DNA of 64,000 bases from Parcubacteria bacterium C7867-001 (GTDB lineage: Bacteria; Patescibacteriota; Minisyncoccia; Phycocordibacterales; Phycocordibacteraceae): assembly GCA_001189095.1 (NCBI GenBank), contig LFCK01000002.1, forward strand, positions 131,650 to 195,649, written 5' to 3'. The notes beneath the pieces were generated by a model that ran no database searches, was not told the DNA's origin, and saw nothing but the letters and a program-made list of their open reading frames with translations. Shown in pieces: positions 37,927 through 46,618 of this stretch (within the stretch, counting starts at the first letter, position 1; each line of letters starts with the position of its first letter). The position numbers and the translations under genes were made by a program.

Positions 37927-37956
37927 GGCCCAGCGCATAGCGCTGGGCCGCCCTTA
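37927..37956 (+). terminator. intrinsic terminator (GGCCCAGCGC-ATAG-CGCTGGGCC GCCCTTATTTTG)
   Basis: 10-bp stem plus T-rich tail. Confidence 0.5.
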
Positions 37957-37988
37957 TTTTGAGCCATATAATCCCTCCGTCCCTTGGT

Positions 37989-38017
37989 TTGACAGGGCGT
38001 CTCCTAATTGATAGATT
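37989..38017 (+). promoter_or_regulatory. sigma70-like promoter for rpsN: TTGACA-17 nt-TAGATT
   Basis: Consensus -35 and acceptable -10, about 30 nt before the rpsN ATG. Confidence 0.5.
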
Positions 38018-38045
38018 ACGGGGACGCGAAAGCGGCTTTTTATTT

Positions 38046-38315
38046 ATGGCAAAACGCTCTCAATTGGCCCGAAATGCAAAACGAGTAAAGCTCGTGGCGC
38101 GTTTTGCTGCCAAGCGAGCAGCCCTCAAGGAGGCAGGGGATGCAGAGGGGCTCCAGAAGCTCCCACGCAACTCGAGCCCGACCCGCGTCAAGAACCGCTG
38201 CTCGATCTCAGGACGTGGTCGCGGCTATCTCCGCGCCTTCGGCCTCTCCCGCATCCAGTTCCGCGAGCTCGTCCGCGAGGGTAAGATTCCGGGCGTTAAG
38301 AAAGCCTCTTGGTAA
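38046..38315 (+). CDS. rpsN: 30S ribosomal protein S14 (long, non-zinc form, 89 aa)
   Basis: [17 protein letters not shown]... C-terminus [27 protein letters not shown]; start is internal to the longer ORF. Confidence 0.9.
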   Translation: MAKRSQLARNAKRVKLVARFAAKRAALKEAGDAEGLQKLPRNSSPTRVKNRCSISGRGRGYLRAFGLSRIQFRELVREGKIPGVKKASW

Positions 38316-38322
38316 TTTTCGT

Positions 38323-38715
38323 ATGGTAAGCGACCGTGTCGGCGATTTCATAATTCGGCTCAAGAATGCCGGTGCAATAGGCGCAAAAAACGTTGCGCTT
38401 CCTCATTCGGCATATCTTGAATCTATTGCAAAGAAGCTTAAGGAGCTCGGTTTCGTTGCTGATGTCGACACTGAAAAGAAGGATCAGAAAGAGCTCGTGG
38501 TCACGCTTGCGTACGCGCAGAATGGTGAGCACAAGATTCACGATGTGAAGCGCATCAGCAAGCCGGGTCGCCGTCTCTACGCTCATGCGCGTGAAGCACA
38601 TACGGTGAAGAACGGCATGGGCGCACGCATCCTTTCAACTCCAAAGGGTATCCTTTCGGACAAGGAAGCACGCAGGGAGCACACGGGTGGCGAAAACCTG
38701 TTTGAAATTTGGTAA
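38323..38715 (+). CDS. rpsH: 30S ribosomal protein S8
   Basis: MVSDRVGDFIIRLKNAG N-terminus; start is internal to the longer ORF. Confidence 0.9.
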   Translation: MVSDRVGDFIIRLKNAGAIGAKNVALPHSAYLESIAKKLKELGFVADVDTEKKDQKELVVTLAYAQNGEHKIHDVKRISKPGRRLYAHAREAHTVKNGMGARILSTPKGILSDKEARREHTGGENLFEIW

Positions 38716-38721
38716 TTACGT

Positions 38722-39258
38722 ATGAGCAGCCGCCTCGCCAAAAAGCCGATCGAGATACCGAAGAACGTCACCGTCACTGCGGCTGATGGAACGCTTTCGG
38801 TGAAGGGTGCAAAGGCAACTCTTACCCGCACGTTTCATTCTTCGGTCGCTATCACGGTTGAGCCAGAAGGTGTCGTTATAAAAGCGAAGAATACGTCGCG
38901 CCTCGCACACGCCCTCACTGGCACGTTCGCTGCACACGTAAAGGCGATGATTCAGGGCGTTGAGACTCCGTTCAAGAAGGTCCTCCAGCTTAACGGCGTC
39001 GGTTACAAGGTCGAACTCAAGGGCACGGACCTCGTGTTCGCTGTTGGTTTCTCACACCCCGTTACGCTTTCTATTCCTGAAGGCATCACCGCAACGGTCG
39101 TCAAGAACGTGATTACCGTCGAGGGTCCTGATAAGCATGCGGTCGGCCAGTTCGCCGCAAACGTTCGTGCCGTAAAGAAGCCGGAGCCGTATCTCGGAAA
39201 GGGAATCAAGTACGAGGACGAAGTCATCCGCCGCAAGCAGGGCAAGAAGGCCGTCTAA
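38722..39258 (+). CDS. rplF: 50S ribosomal protein L6
   Basis: SRLAKKPIEIPKNVTV N-terminus and two uL6 repeats. Confidence 0.92.
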   Translation: MSSRLAKKPIEIPKNVTVTAADGTLSVKGAKATLTRTFHSSVAITVEPEGVVIKAKNTSRLAHALTGTFAAHVKAMIQGVETPFKKVLQLNGVGYKVELKGTDLVFAVGFSHPVTLSIPEGITATVVKNVITVEGPDKHAVGQFAANVRAVKKPEPYLGKGIKYEDEVIRRKQGKKAV

Positions 39259-39269
39259 TATTTTTTCGT

Positions 39270-39620
39270 ATGCCACGCACTATCGCTTCAAAAAACGACG
39301 CCCGCATCATCCGCCATCGCCGCATCCGCGCGAAGGTGAAGGGAACCGCTGCACGCCCACGTCTCGCGGTGTTCCGCAGCAATCGTTTCGTATCCGTTCA
39401 GCTCATCGACGACGAGGCAGGGAAGACCCTCGCACAGGCGCATGGTCGCGAGTTCCCCGGTGCGCTTTCAGTACAGGCAAAAGCAATCGGTGAGGCAATC
39501 GCAGAACGCGCAAAGAAGGCTGGCATTACTACGGTCGTCTTCGATCGCGGTGGATATCAGTACGCAGCGCAGGTTAAGTCGCTTGCGGACGCAGCGCGCG
39601 CTGGTGGGCTCACCTTCTAA
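39270..39620 (+). CDS. rplR: 50S ribosomal protein L18
   Basis: RHRRIRAKVKGTAARPRLAVFRSNR motif. Confidence 0.9.
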   Translation: MPRTIASKNDARIIRHRRIRAKVKGTAARPRLAVFRSNRFVSVQLIDDEAGKTLAQAHGREFPGALSVQAKAIGEAIAERAKKAGITTVVFDRGGYQYAAQVKSLADAARAGGLTF

Positions 39621-39625
39621 ATGGT

Positions 39626-40234
39626 ATGACTGACACTATGACTCTCACGGAGAACGAAGCACCGGCAGCAGCAGAGCCGGTAGCGACAGAAGCGGTTGCA
39701 GCTCCTCAGGAAGTTGCTGCACCGCAGCGCTCAGAAGACAATCGTGGCCGCCGCCCACAGCGCGGTGGACGTTCTCCTCGTCCGCGACAGGGTCGCGAAC
39801 GCGAACGCAGCGAATTCGATCAGGCAACGCTCGACGTGCGCCGTGTGGCTCGCGTTATGGCCGGTGGTCGCCGCTTCTCGTTCAGCGTGACGGTTGTCAT
39901 TGGCGATCGAAAGGGTCGTGTCGGTGTCGGACTCGGTAAGGGTGCGGATACCGCACTTGCTATCGACAAGGCTGTTCGCGATGCCCGCCGCCACCTCATC
40001 ACCGTTCCGCTTAAGGACGGCTCCATCGCTCACGAAATTTCCGCGAAGTACGCATCTTCGACGCTCACCATTATGCCTTCTCCGGGTCGCGGTCTCGTTG
40101 CTGGTTCAGCAGTGCGCACCGTCCTCGAGTATGCAGGCATCGGAAATGTCGTCTCGAAGATTCTTACTCGCACGAAGAACAAGCTCACCATCGCTCGCGC
40201 AACGGTGGAGGCGCTTAAGACGCTTTCCGCGTAA
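39626..40234 (+). CDS. rpsE: 30S ribosomal protein S5 (with about 55-aa Ala/Pro/Arg-rich N-terminal extension)
   Basis: uS5 dsRBD and C-terminal domain (GRRFSFSVTVVIGD..., GRGLVAGSAVRTVLE). Confidence 0.9.
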   Translation: MTDTMTLTENEAPAAAEPVATEAVAAPQEVAAPQRSEDNRGRRPQRGGRSPRPRQGRERERSEFDQATLDVRRVARVMAGGRRFSFSVTVVIGDRKGRVGVGLGKGADTALAIDKAVRDARRHLITVPLKDGSIAHEISAKYASSTLTIMPSPGRGLVAGSAVRTVLEYAGIGNVVSKILTRTKNKLTIARATVEALKTLSA

Positions 40235-40239
40235 TTTGT

Positions 40240-40689
40240 ATGCAGAAAAACACTCTCGCTCCGAAGACTACCCGCATGAAGAGTCCGCGCATTGGTCGCG
40301 GTGGTAAGCGCGGCAAGACCTCTGGTCGCGGTACCAAAGGTCAGAATGCGCGCGCCGGCCATCGTAAGCGCCCTGAGATGCGCGATCTCATCAAGAAGAT
40401 TCCGAAGCTTCGTGGTCATGGTAAGAACCGTGCTCGCACGGTCCGCGTCGATCGTCTCGTCTACGTCCCTGTTTCTCTTGCAAAGCTCGAGGCTGCATTT
40501 TCAGCAGGGGACACCGTAACGTCGGCAACGCTCCTCAAGAAGGGTGTGTTGAAGGCAGTCTCTGGTCGCGCTCCACGAGCAAAAATACTTGGTTCAGAGG
40601 GTCTCACTAAGTCGCTTTCGGTCTCCGGTCTTGCGGCGTCAGCATCGGCGAAGAAAGCTATCGAAGCCGCTGGCGGCTCGCTTGCCTAA
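40240..40689 (+). CDS. rplO: 50S ribosomal protein L15; follows rpsE directly with no rpmD (L30) between them
   Basis: GRGGKRGKTSGRGTKGQ motif. Confidence 0.9.
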   Translation: MQKNTLAPKTTRMKSPRIGRGGKRGKTSGRGTKGQNARAGHRKRPEMRDLIKKIPKLRGHGKNRARTVRVDRLVYVPVSLAKLEAAFSAGDTVTSATLLKKGVLKAVSGRAPRAKILGSEGLTKSLSVSGLAASASAKKAIEAAGGSLA

Positions 40690-40690
40690 G

Positions 40691-41971
40691 ATGTCTCCGA
40701 TCTCGACCTTCTTCCATAAGCTCAAGCTCGTCTTCACGGATTCAGCGATTCGTAACCGCCTTCTATTCGTCGCAGCTGCGTTCGTCGTCTTCCGCTTTTT
40801 GTCCGCGGTTCCCATTCCGGGCATCGACCATTTCGCGCTCGAGCAATTCTTTTCGAATAATCAATTCTTCGGCCTCCTCTCGATTTTCTCGGGCGGCGGT
40901 TTTGCGCAGCTCTCTATCGTGATGCTCGGCGTCGGTCCCTACATCACCGCGTCCATCATCATGCAGCTCGCAACCGTCATCTCATCGAAGGTGAAGGCGA
41001 TGTACACGGAAGAAGGAGAGGCAGGACGCACGAAGTTCATCGCGCTTTCTCGTACCATCACCATCCCACTCGCCATTCTTCAGGGTGTTGCGTTCCTCTC
41101 GCTTCTTGAGAGTCAGGGAATTATCACGAGCCTCACGCCGTTCGCGTTTGCTGTGAACGTCTTCCTTATCGCGGCCGGTTCGATGCTTCTCATGTGGATG
41201 GGCGAACTCATGACCGAATTTGGTATCGGCAACGGCGTTTCCCTCATTATCTTTGCGGGAATCATCTCAGGTCTTCCTGCAGGTATTTCCCAGACTATTT
41301 TCACCGCGACAGCGGCAGATATTCCGGCATACCTCGGATTCTTCATCCTCGCGCTCGCTGCTATTTACGCGGTCATCATGGTTTCCGAAGCTGAGCGTTC
41401 GATTCCTATCGCCTACGCGCGTCAGGTCCGTGGTGCCGCTGCAGCTACTGGCGCAGCAACCTATCTCCCGATCCGTCTTCTTCAGGCTGGCGTGATTCCT
41501 ATTATCTTCGCGCTCTCACTCCTCCTTCTTCCGCAGATGGCGCTTGCAGGCCTCTCGGCTATTGGGGTTCAGGGTATATCCGGTGTTGTCTCCGCATACA
41601 CGGCCTTTACGAACAATCCATGGGCACACAGCGCGGTTTACTTCGTGCTTGTGGTTATCTTCACGTATTTCTACACCTCTATTACCTTCGAACCGCATCG
41701 CGTCGCCGATAACCTTCAGAAGTCGGGTGCATTCATTCCGGGTGTTCGTCCGGGTCGCGAGACCGAAGCCTACATTGGTAATGTGGTGAATCGCGTCACC
41801 CTTCCGGGCGCAGTCTTCCTCGGTGCGATCGCGGTCGTTCCGTTCGTTGTGCAGGGTATTACCGGCATCACCGCGATTCTGGTCGGCGGTACGGCACTTC
41901 TCATCGCGGTCACGGTACTCCTCGACCTCATCCGAAAAATAGACGCACAGATTTCGCTCCGCGAATACTAG
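40691..41971 (+). CDS. secY: preprotein translocase subunit SecY
   Basis: 10-TM protein with SecY signature; start taken at MSPISTFF, not the upstream in-frame Met overlapping rplO. Confidence 0.93.
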   Translation: MSPISTFFHKLKLVFTDSAIRNRLLFVAAAFVVFRFLSAVPIPGIDHFALEQFFSNNQFFGLLSIFSGGGFAQLSIVMLGVGPYITASIIMQLATVISSKVKAMYTEEGEAGRTKFIALSRTITIPLAILQGVAFLSLLESQGIITSLTPFAFAVNVFLIAAGSMLLMWMGELMTEFGIGNGVSLIIFAGIISGLPAGISQTIFTATAADIPAYLGFFILALAAIYAVIMVSEAERSIPIAYARQVRGAAAATGAATYLPIRLLQAGVIPIIFALSLLLLPQMALAGLSAIGVQGISGVVSAYTAFTNNPWAHSAVYFVLVVIFTYFYTSITFEPHRVADNLQKSGAFIPGVRPGRETEAYIGNVVNRVTLPGAVFLGAIAVVPFVVQGITGITAILVGGTALLIAVTVLLDLIRKIDAQISLREY

Positions 41972-42002
41972 AAAAAGCCGGCCACACGCCGGTTTTTTCA
42001 TT
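41970..42002 (+). terminator. intrinsic terminator (AAAAAGCCGGC-CACAC-GCCGGTTTTTT)
   Basis: Hairpin plus T-run after secY. Confidence 0.6.
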
Positions 42003-42019
42003 TATGCTAGATTAATCAC

Positions 42020-42598
42020 ATGACTGACACACCCAAGACCGTTTTCTTCATCGGTAAGCCGGGCTCCGGAAAGGGGACTCAGGCGAAGCTTCTCGCAGCC
42101 AAGACGGGCTGGACCATCCTTGCCTCAGGCGCCCAGTTTCGAGAGATAGCGAAGGAAGAGAGCTTGCTTGGTCGGAAAGTTGAAGAAGCGCTTGCACAGG
42201 GTCTCCTCATGCCGCACTGGTTCGCGATGTATCTCTATCAGCGCGCGCTCTTTTCCGTGCCGGAGGACCAGAGCATTGTCTTCGATGGTTTCAATCGTAA
42301 GCTTGCGGAAGCGGAACTCAACATCGCAACGCTCGAGTGGCTCGGACGTCCGTTCGTGGTACTCAATATTCAGGTATCGGACGAGCATGTAAAGGAGCGT
42401 CTCGCTGAGCGAGCGAAGACCTCCGGCCGTTCGGACGATCGTCAGGATGCCTTCGACGAGCGCCTCGATGAATACCGTGCACATACCACGCAGTCCATCG
42501 ACCTCTTCCGCGAGAAGCACTCACTCATTGATATTAATGGCGAACAGACGCCGGAGGAAGTCTTTGCGGATATCTGCAAAGCGCTCAATTTAGAATGA
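42020..42598 (+). CDS. adk: adenylate kinase (short form, no zinc lid)
   Basis: GKPGSGKGTQ P-loop, NMP-binding and short LID regions. Confidence 0.9.
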   Translation: MTDTPKTVFFIGKPGSGKGTQAKLLAAKTGWTILASGAQFREIAKEESLLGRKVEEALAQGLLMPHWFAMYLYQRALFSVPEDQSIVFDGFNRKLAEAELNIATLEWLGRPFVVLNIQVSDEHVKERLAERAKTSGRSDDRQDAFDERLDEYRAHTTQSIDLFREKHSLIDINGEQTPEEVFADICKALNLE

Positions 42599-43365
42599 TT
42601 GCACGCACTACCGAAGAGAAAGAGGGAATTACTGAGTCGGGTCGCCGGCTCGGTGCGGTACTTGCGGAGCTGCGTCGACATGTTGCGCCGGGTGTTTCCA
42701 CGAAAGAACTCGATGACATCGCGGAAAAGATGATTCTCGAAGGCGGCGACCTACCAGCGTTCAAAGGATATACACCGGAAGGCGCACCACGCCCCTATCC
42801 GGCAGCACTGTGCCTTTCCGTGAATGATGAGGTGGTTCACGGCATTCCGAACGAGCAGCCAAAAACTCTGAAGGAAGGCGATATCGTCTCACTCGACCTC
42901 GGTCTCATACATAAAGGGTTCGTATCAGACGCCGCTATTACCGTCGGTGTCGGCGCAGTTTCGAAGGAGGCACAGGAACTCATGAACACCACTGAAAATG
43001 CGCTTGCGGCGGGAATCGCTGCAGCGAAGGTTGGTGGGCGCGTGGGCGACATTTCTCATGCGATAGAGCAAGAATATAAGGGTACGAAGTTCTCAATCGT
43101 AAAAGTGCTGGGCGGCCACGGCGTGGGCGGTCATGTTCACGAAGAGCCGTTCGTCGCTAATTTCGGCCACGCGGGAACCGGCGAGGAGCTCGTTGAGGGT
43201 ATGGTACTCGCGCTCGAACCGATTGCGACAGCAGGCAAGGGAACGGTGACGATTGCCGCAGACGGCTATACGTATCGCACGAAGGACGGCTCCATCGCTG
43301 CGCATTTCGAGCACACCATTCTCATCGAGAAGGATGGCGCACGGGTTCTTACGGAAGTAGCGTAA
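42595..43365 (+). CDS. map: type I methionine aminopeptidase
   Basis: Pita-bread fold metal ligands (D..D..H..E..E pattern); 4-nt overlap with adk. Confidence 0.9.
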   Translation: MIARTTEEKEGITESGRRLGAVLAELRRHVAPGVSTKELDDIAEKMILEGGDLPAFKGYTPEGAPRPYPAALCLSVNDEVVHGIPNEQPKTLKEGDIVSLDLGLIHKGFVSDAAITVGVGAVSKEAQELMNTTENALAAGIAAAKVGGRVGDISHAIEQEYKGTKFSIVKVLGGHGVGGHVHEEPFVANFGHAGTGEELVEGMVLALEPIATAGKGTVTIAADGYTYRTKDGSIAAHFEHTILIEKDGARVLTEVA

Positions 43366-43406
43366 TCATCGTGCCTGCGCTATAGTGCCCCCATTAGCCG
43401 CGAGGC

Positions 43407-43436
43407 CCTGCCTGCCGGTAGGCAGGATTTTTTATT
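43407..43436 (+). terminator. intrinsic terminator (CCTGCC-TGCCGGTA-GGCAGG ATTTTTTATTT)
   Basis: Hairpin plus strong T-run after map. Confidence 0.55.
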
Positions 43437-43441
43437 TCTGT

Positions 43442-43918
43442 ATGGCACATCCAAAAGAAGAGAAGACGCTTATCATCCTCAAGCCAGACGCGGTTCACCG
43501 CGGCTTTCTAGGAGAGGTCGTTACGCGCTTCGAGCGCAAAGGTCTCAAGATTATCGGCATGAAGATGATGCAACTCGAGGACGCGGCGCTTGAGGCCCAC
43601 TACGCGCACATCAAGGATAAGCCGTTCTTCGGCGGCATCAAGAACTTCATGAAAGATGCTCCGGTCGTCGTCATGGCGCTCTCTGGGATTAATGCCGTTT
43701 CCGCGACCCGCGTCATCGTAGGTCCTACGAATGGCGCTGAGGCTCCTGCAGGCACCATCCGCGGCGATTTCTCGCTCTCCATTCAGTCGAATCTCGTCCA
43801 CGCTTCGGATAGCGTTGATGGAGGTATTGAGGAAGTAAGCCGTTTCTTTGCGGAGAATGAGCTCTTCGACTACAAGCGAAACGACTTCAACTATATCCAC
43901 GCCGACGAGGCGTTTTAG
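43442..43918 (+). CDS. ndk: nucleoside diphosphate kinase
   Basis: ERTLIILKPD-type N-terminus, active-site His in NLVHASDS context; start at MAHPKEEKT. Confidence 0.9.
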   Translation: MAHPKEEKTLIILKPDAVHRGFLGEVVTRFERKGLKIIGMKMMQLEDAALEAHYAHIKDKPFFGGIKNFMKDAPVVVMALSGINAVSATRVIVGPTNGAEAPAGTIRGDFSLSIQSNLVHASDSVDGGIEEVSRFFAENELFDYKRNDFNYIHADEAF

Positions 43919-44130
43919 GGCTTTGCTATAATAGGTATAGGCCGCTCCGATAAACGCAACTTGCTCATTTTTAGGGAGTCTTAGATTCACGTGCGTCTGC
44001 AAAGCGTTTGCTTTCAATGACCACGATGCGGACACCCACGTGGCATACAAAAGTTGCCACACCGGAGCGGCCAACGAGAAAACCGACACTTTCGTGTCGG
44101 TTTTCTCGTGGCTCGTGCTAAATTATTTCT

Positions 44131-44490
44131 ATGCGTACGCACTGGCTCTTCGGAGCACTTTTTCTTTCTGTTCTGCTTGCGGGGCTTGAAATGTGGGCTA
44201 TTGAAAATTATCTCTTCTGGCGATACGTCTGGTTCGATATTCCGATGCATTACCTCGGAGGCATCGCCATCGCTGTCTTCGTCCTCGCCTTACTGAAGCG
44301 CGACCGATCGTTCCTGTTCCTTCTTGTGGTTACGGCCGCTTATCTAGGGTGGGAGATCTTTGAGTACGTCTACGGTCTTCCGCGCGAAGCGAACTATGTA
44401 CTCGACACGATACAGGATCTCGTCATGGACTCGATGGGCGGACTTACGGCGTACGTCGTTGCGCACTTCTCGCTATGGCGCTCAAACTAA
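44131..44490 (+). CDS. small integral membrane protein (119 aa, four predicted TM helices; possibly VanZ-like)
   Basis: Hydrophobic profile only; family assignment is tentative. Confidence 0.4.
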   Translation: MRTHWLFGALFLSVLLAGLEMWAIENYLFWRYVWFDIPMHYLGGIAIAVFVLALLKRDRSFLFLLVVTAAYLGWEIFEYVYGLPREANYVLDTIQDLVMDSMGGLTAYVVAHFSLWRSN

Positions 44491-45848
44491 CTTTTTTCGG
44501 CGGGGCAGGCATTGTCACTGGTTCGAACTTTCTGGTTGAAAACGATACGGGCGCGCAGGTTCTTCTTGATTGCGGCATGGAGCAGGGGAGGGACTACATT
44601 ATGGAAGACACGTACGGTCCGTTTCCGTTTGAGGCAGCTGAGCTGTCAGCGGTTGTCATTACGCACGCACACCTTGATCATGTGGGCCGCGGCCCGAAGC
44701 TTATGAAGGCGGGATACACGGGAAAGATATATATGACGGCACCAACACGCGATCTTTCAGAAGCAATACTGCGCGATAGTGTGAACATTCTTGCGCAAGA
44801 GGCGGAGCAGCGCGGTATTGCGCCATTATACGAGGCGGTGGATGTCGATGCATTTCTCGCACATATCGAGACGGTTGAATATCACGAAGAAAAGGAAATA
44901 GGGAAGGGGGTGTCCGTGTATCTGCGCAATACGGGACATATCCTCGGTTCGGCCAGCGTCCGCCTCAAGGATGCGGACGGTACAACTTTTGCGCTTACGA
45001 GCGATATCGGCAACTCGCCGTCAGTTCTCCTACCTGACGCTGAGCCCGTTACGGATGCCGAGGCCATCCTTATCGAAAGTGTGTATGGCGACCGCACGAA
45101 TCCCGAAAAGGAGAATCGTGAACAACTCCTTGGCGAAACCCTCGCTCGCGCGATTGCGCGTGGAGGAACCATCCTCATGCCAGCGTTTTCTATTGAGCGC
45201 ACGCAGGTGCTTCTCTATGAAATTGGGAAGCTCATCGAAGCGGGAACTATCCCCGAGATTCCCGTCTTTCTCGACTCACCACTCGCGATAGCGGTAACGA
45301 ATGTGTATGAAAAATGGGGCCCGACCTACTTCAAAAAAGAGCGCTTCGAGAAGAATCTCTTCGACTTTCCTTTTCTTACGGAAACACGCTCGCGCGAGGA
45401 GTCAGAGGATATAGAGAAAGCTGCGGGCGTGAAGATAATCATGGCAGGCGCTGGTATGAGTCATGGTGGACGCATCGGGAAGTGGGAGCAGCGCTATTTA
45501 CCAGAAGAGACGACAACCCTTCTCATTGTTGGCTATCAGGCTCCAGGAACGCCAGGACGCCTGCTTCAGGACGGTGCAAAGCATGTTCGCATTCAAGGAC
45601 GAGAGGTAGAGGTACGCGCGACTACCGAGACACTGCATGGGTGGTCAGGGCACGCAGACCGAGACGGACTACTGCGCTTTGCCGAAGCGTGCCTCCCGAC
45701 AGCAAAGACCTTCTTCGTCGGTCTTGGTGAACCAGCAAGTCAACGCTTCCTCGCGCAACGCATCCATGACTATCTTGGAACAAAGGCAATCGTTGCAGTG
45801 AAAGGGGAGTCGTTCCGTATAGCAAAAGGCCGCGTGATACGCTTGTAG
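44475..45848 (+). CDS. MBL-fold metallo-hydrolase of the beta-CASP / RNA-metabolising family
   Basis: THAHLDH zinc motif, beta-CASP region and C-terminal RNA-specificity-like region; 457 aa. Confidence 0.8.
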   Translation: MALKLTFFGGAGIVTGSNFLVENDTGAQVLLDCGMEQGRDYIMEDTYGPFPFEAAELSAVVITHAHLDHVGRGPKLMKAGYTGKIYMTAPTRDLSEAILRDSVNILAQEAEQRGIAPLYEAVDVDAFLAHIETVEYHEEKEIGKGVSVYLRNTGHILGSASVRLKDADGTTFALTSDIGNSPSVLLPDAEPVTDAEAILIESVYGDRTNPEKENREQLLGETLARAIARGGTILMPAFSIERTQVLLYEIGKLIEAGTIPEIPVFLDSPLAIAVTNVYEKWGPTYFKKERFEKNLFDFPFLTETRSREESEDIEKAAGVKIIMAGAGMSHGGRIGKWEQRYLPEETTTLLIVGYQAPGTPGRLLQDGAKHVRIQGREVEVRATTETLHGWSGHADRDGLLRFAEACLPTAKTFFVGLGEPASQRFLAQRIHDYLGTKAIVAVKGESFRIAKGRVIRL

Positions 45849-45849
45849 T

Positions 45850-46023
45850 ATGGGACTCGAGAATACAAATTCAAGGAAGGATACGTGGCGAGCACAAGAT
45901 AGTGCTCGACGCGCAGAAGAACATATCCGCAAACATCGGATTCCGGGCATGAAGAAATGGATCACTAAGTTGCGCGGCGGAGAGGCGAATCAAACAGATA
46001 CTCCTGGAGACACGGTGCATTGA
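45850..46023 (+). CDS. possible small ORF (57 aa) starting 2 nt after the MBL stop
   Basis: TAGtATG juxtaposition; stop codon abuts the terminator hairpin; no SD. Confidence 0.25.
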   Translation: MGLENTNSRKDTWRAQDSARRAEEHIRKHRIPGMKKWITKLRGGEANQTDTPGDTVH

Positions 46024-46052
46024 AAAACCGGCCCGCGATGCGGGCCGGTTTT
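46024..46052. terminator. bidirectional terminator (AAAAACCGGCCCGC-GATG-CGGGCCGGTTTTT)
   Basis: Perfect hairpin flanked by A- and T-runs; serves rplT on the minus strand. Confidence 0.65.
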
Positions 46053-46062
46053 TCTTTTCGTA

Positions 46063-46410
46063 TTAGGATGCTTTCGCGCTGATGCGCTTGAAGACTTCTG
46101 GGTGCTCGGTAGCAAACGTCGCGAGGACTTTGCGGTCGAGTAGGACGCCGTTCTTCTTGAGACCCGAGATGAACGTGCTGTAGCTCTTGCCGCCGTTCTC
46201 GCGGATTGCTGCGTTCAAGCGGACGATCCAGAGCTGGCGGTACTCGTTCTTCTTGTCGCGGCGGTTGGCGAATGCCTGCTTGCCTGCGTGGACGAGGGAC
46301 TCGTACGCTGCCTTCTCCTTCTTTGAGCGTCCATGGCGGTAGCCCTTCGCCATCTTGAGGATGGTGCGGCGGGTCTTAGCGGACTGAACTCCTCCTTTTA
46401 CTCGTGGCAT
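46063..46410 (-). CDS. rplT: 50S ribosomal protein L20
   Basis: MPRVKGGVQSAKTRR... bL20 sequence. Confidence 0.93.
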   Translation of the reverse strand: MPRVKGGVQSAKTRRTILKMAKGYRHGRSKKEKAAYESLVHAGKQAFANRRDKKNEYRQLWIVRLNAAIRENGGKSYSTFISGLKKNGVLLDRKVLATFATEHPEVFKRISAKAS

Positions 46411-46420
46411 ATGAAAGTAA

Positions 46421-46618
46421 TTACTGAGCCTTAGGTGCGCCCGGAAGGAAACGCTTCCTGAGCTGCGGGCTGAACGTCAAAGAAACTGCGCGCTTCTTGG
46501 CGTTCTTGGTGCGGCTGCGCTCCTTTGCATTGAAATGGTCCTGACCGGCCTTGCGGGCGACAAGCTTTCCTTTGCGAGTGACGCGTATTCGTTTGGTAAA
46601 TGATTTGTTGGTTTTCAT
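46421..46618 (-). CDS. rpmI: 50S ribosomal protein L35
   Basis: 65-aa basic protein with bL35 pattern between infC and rplT. Confidence 0.85.
   Translation of the reverse strand: MKTNKSFTKRIRVTRKGKLVARKAGQDHFNAKERSRTKNAKKRAVSLTFSPQLRKRFLPGAPKAQ

Noticed and set aside
43508-44089. 193-aa minus-strand ORF
   Set aside because: Antisense to ndk and the downstream terminator.
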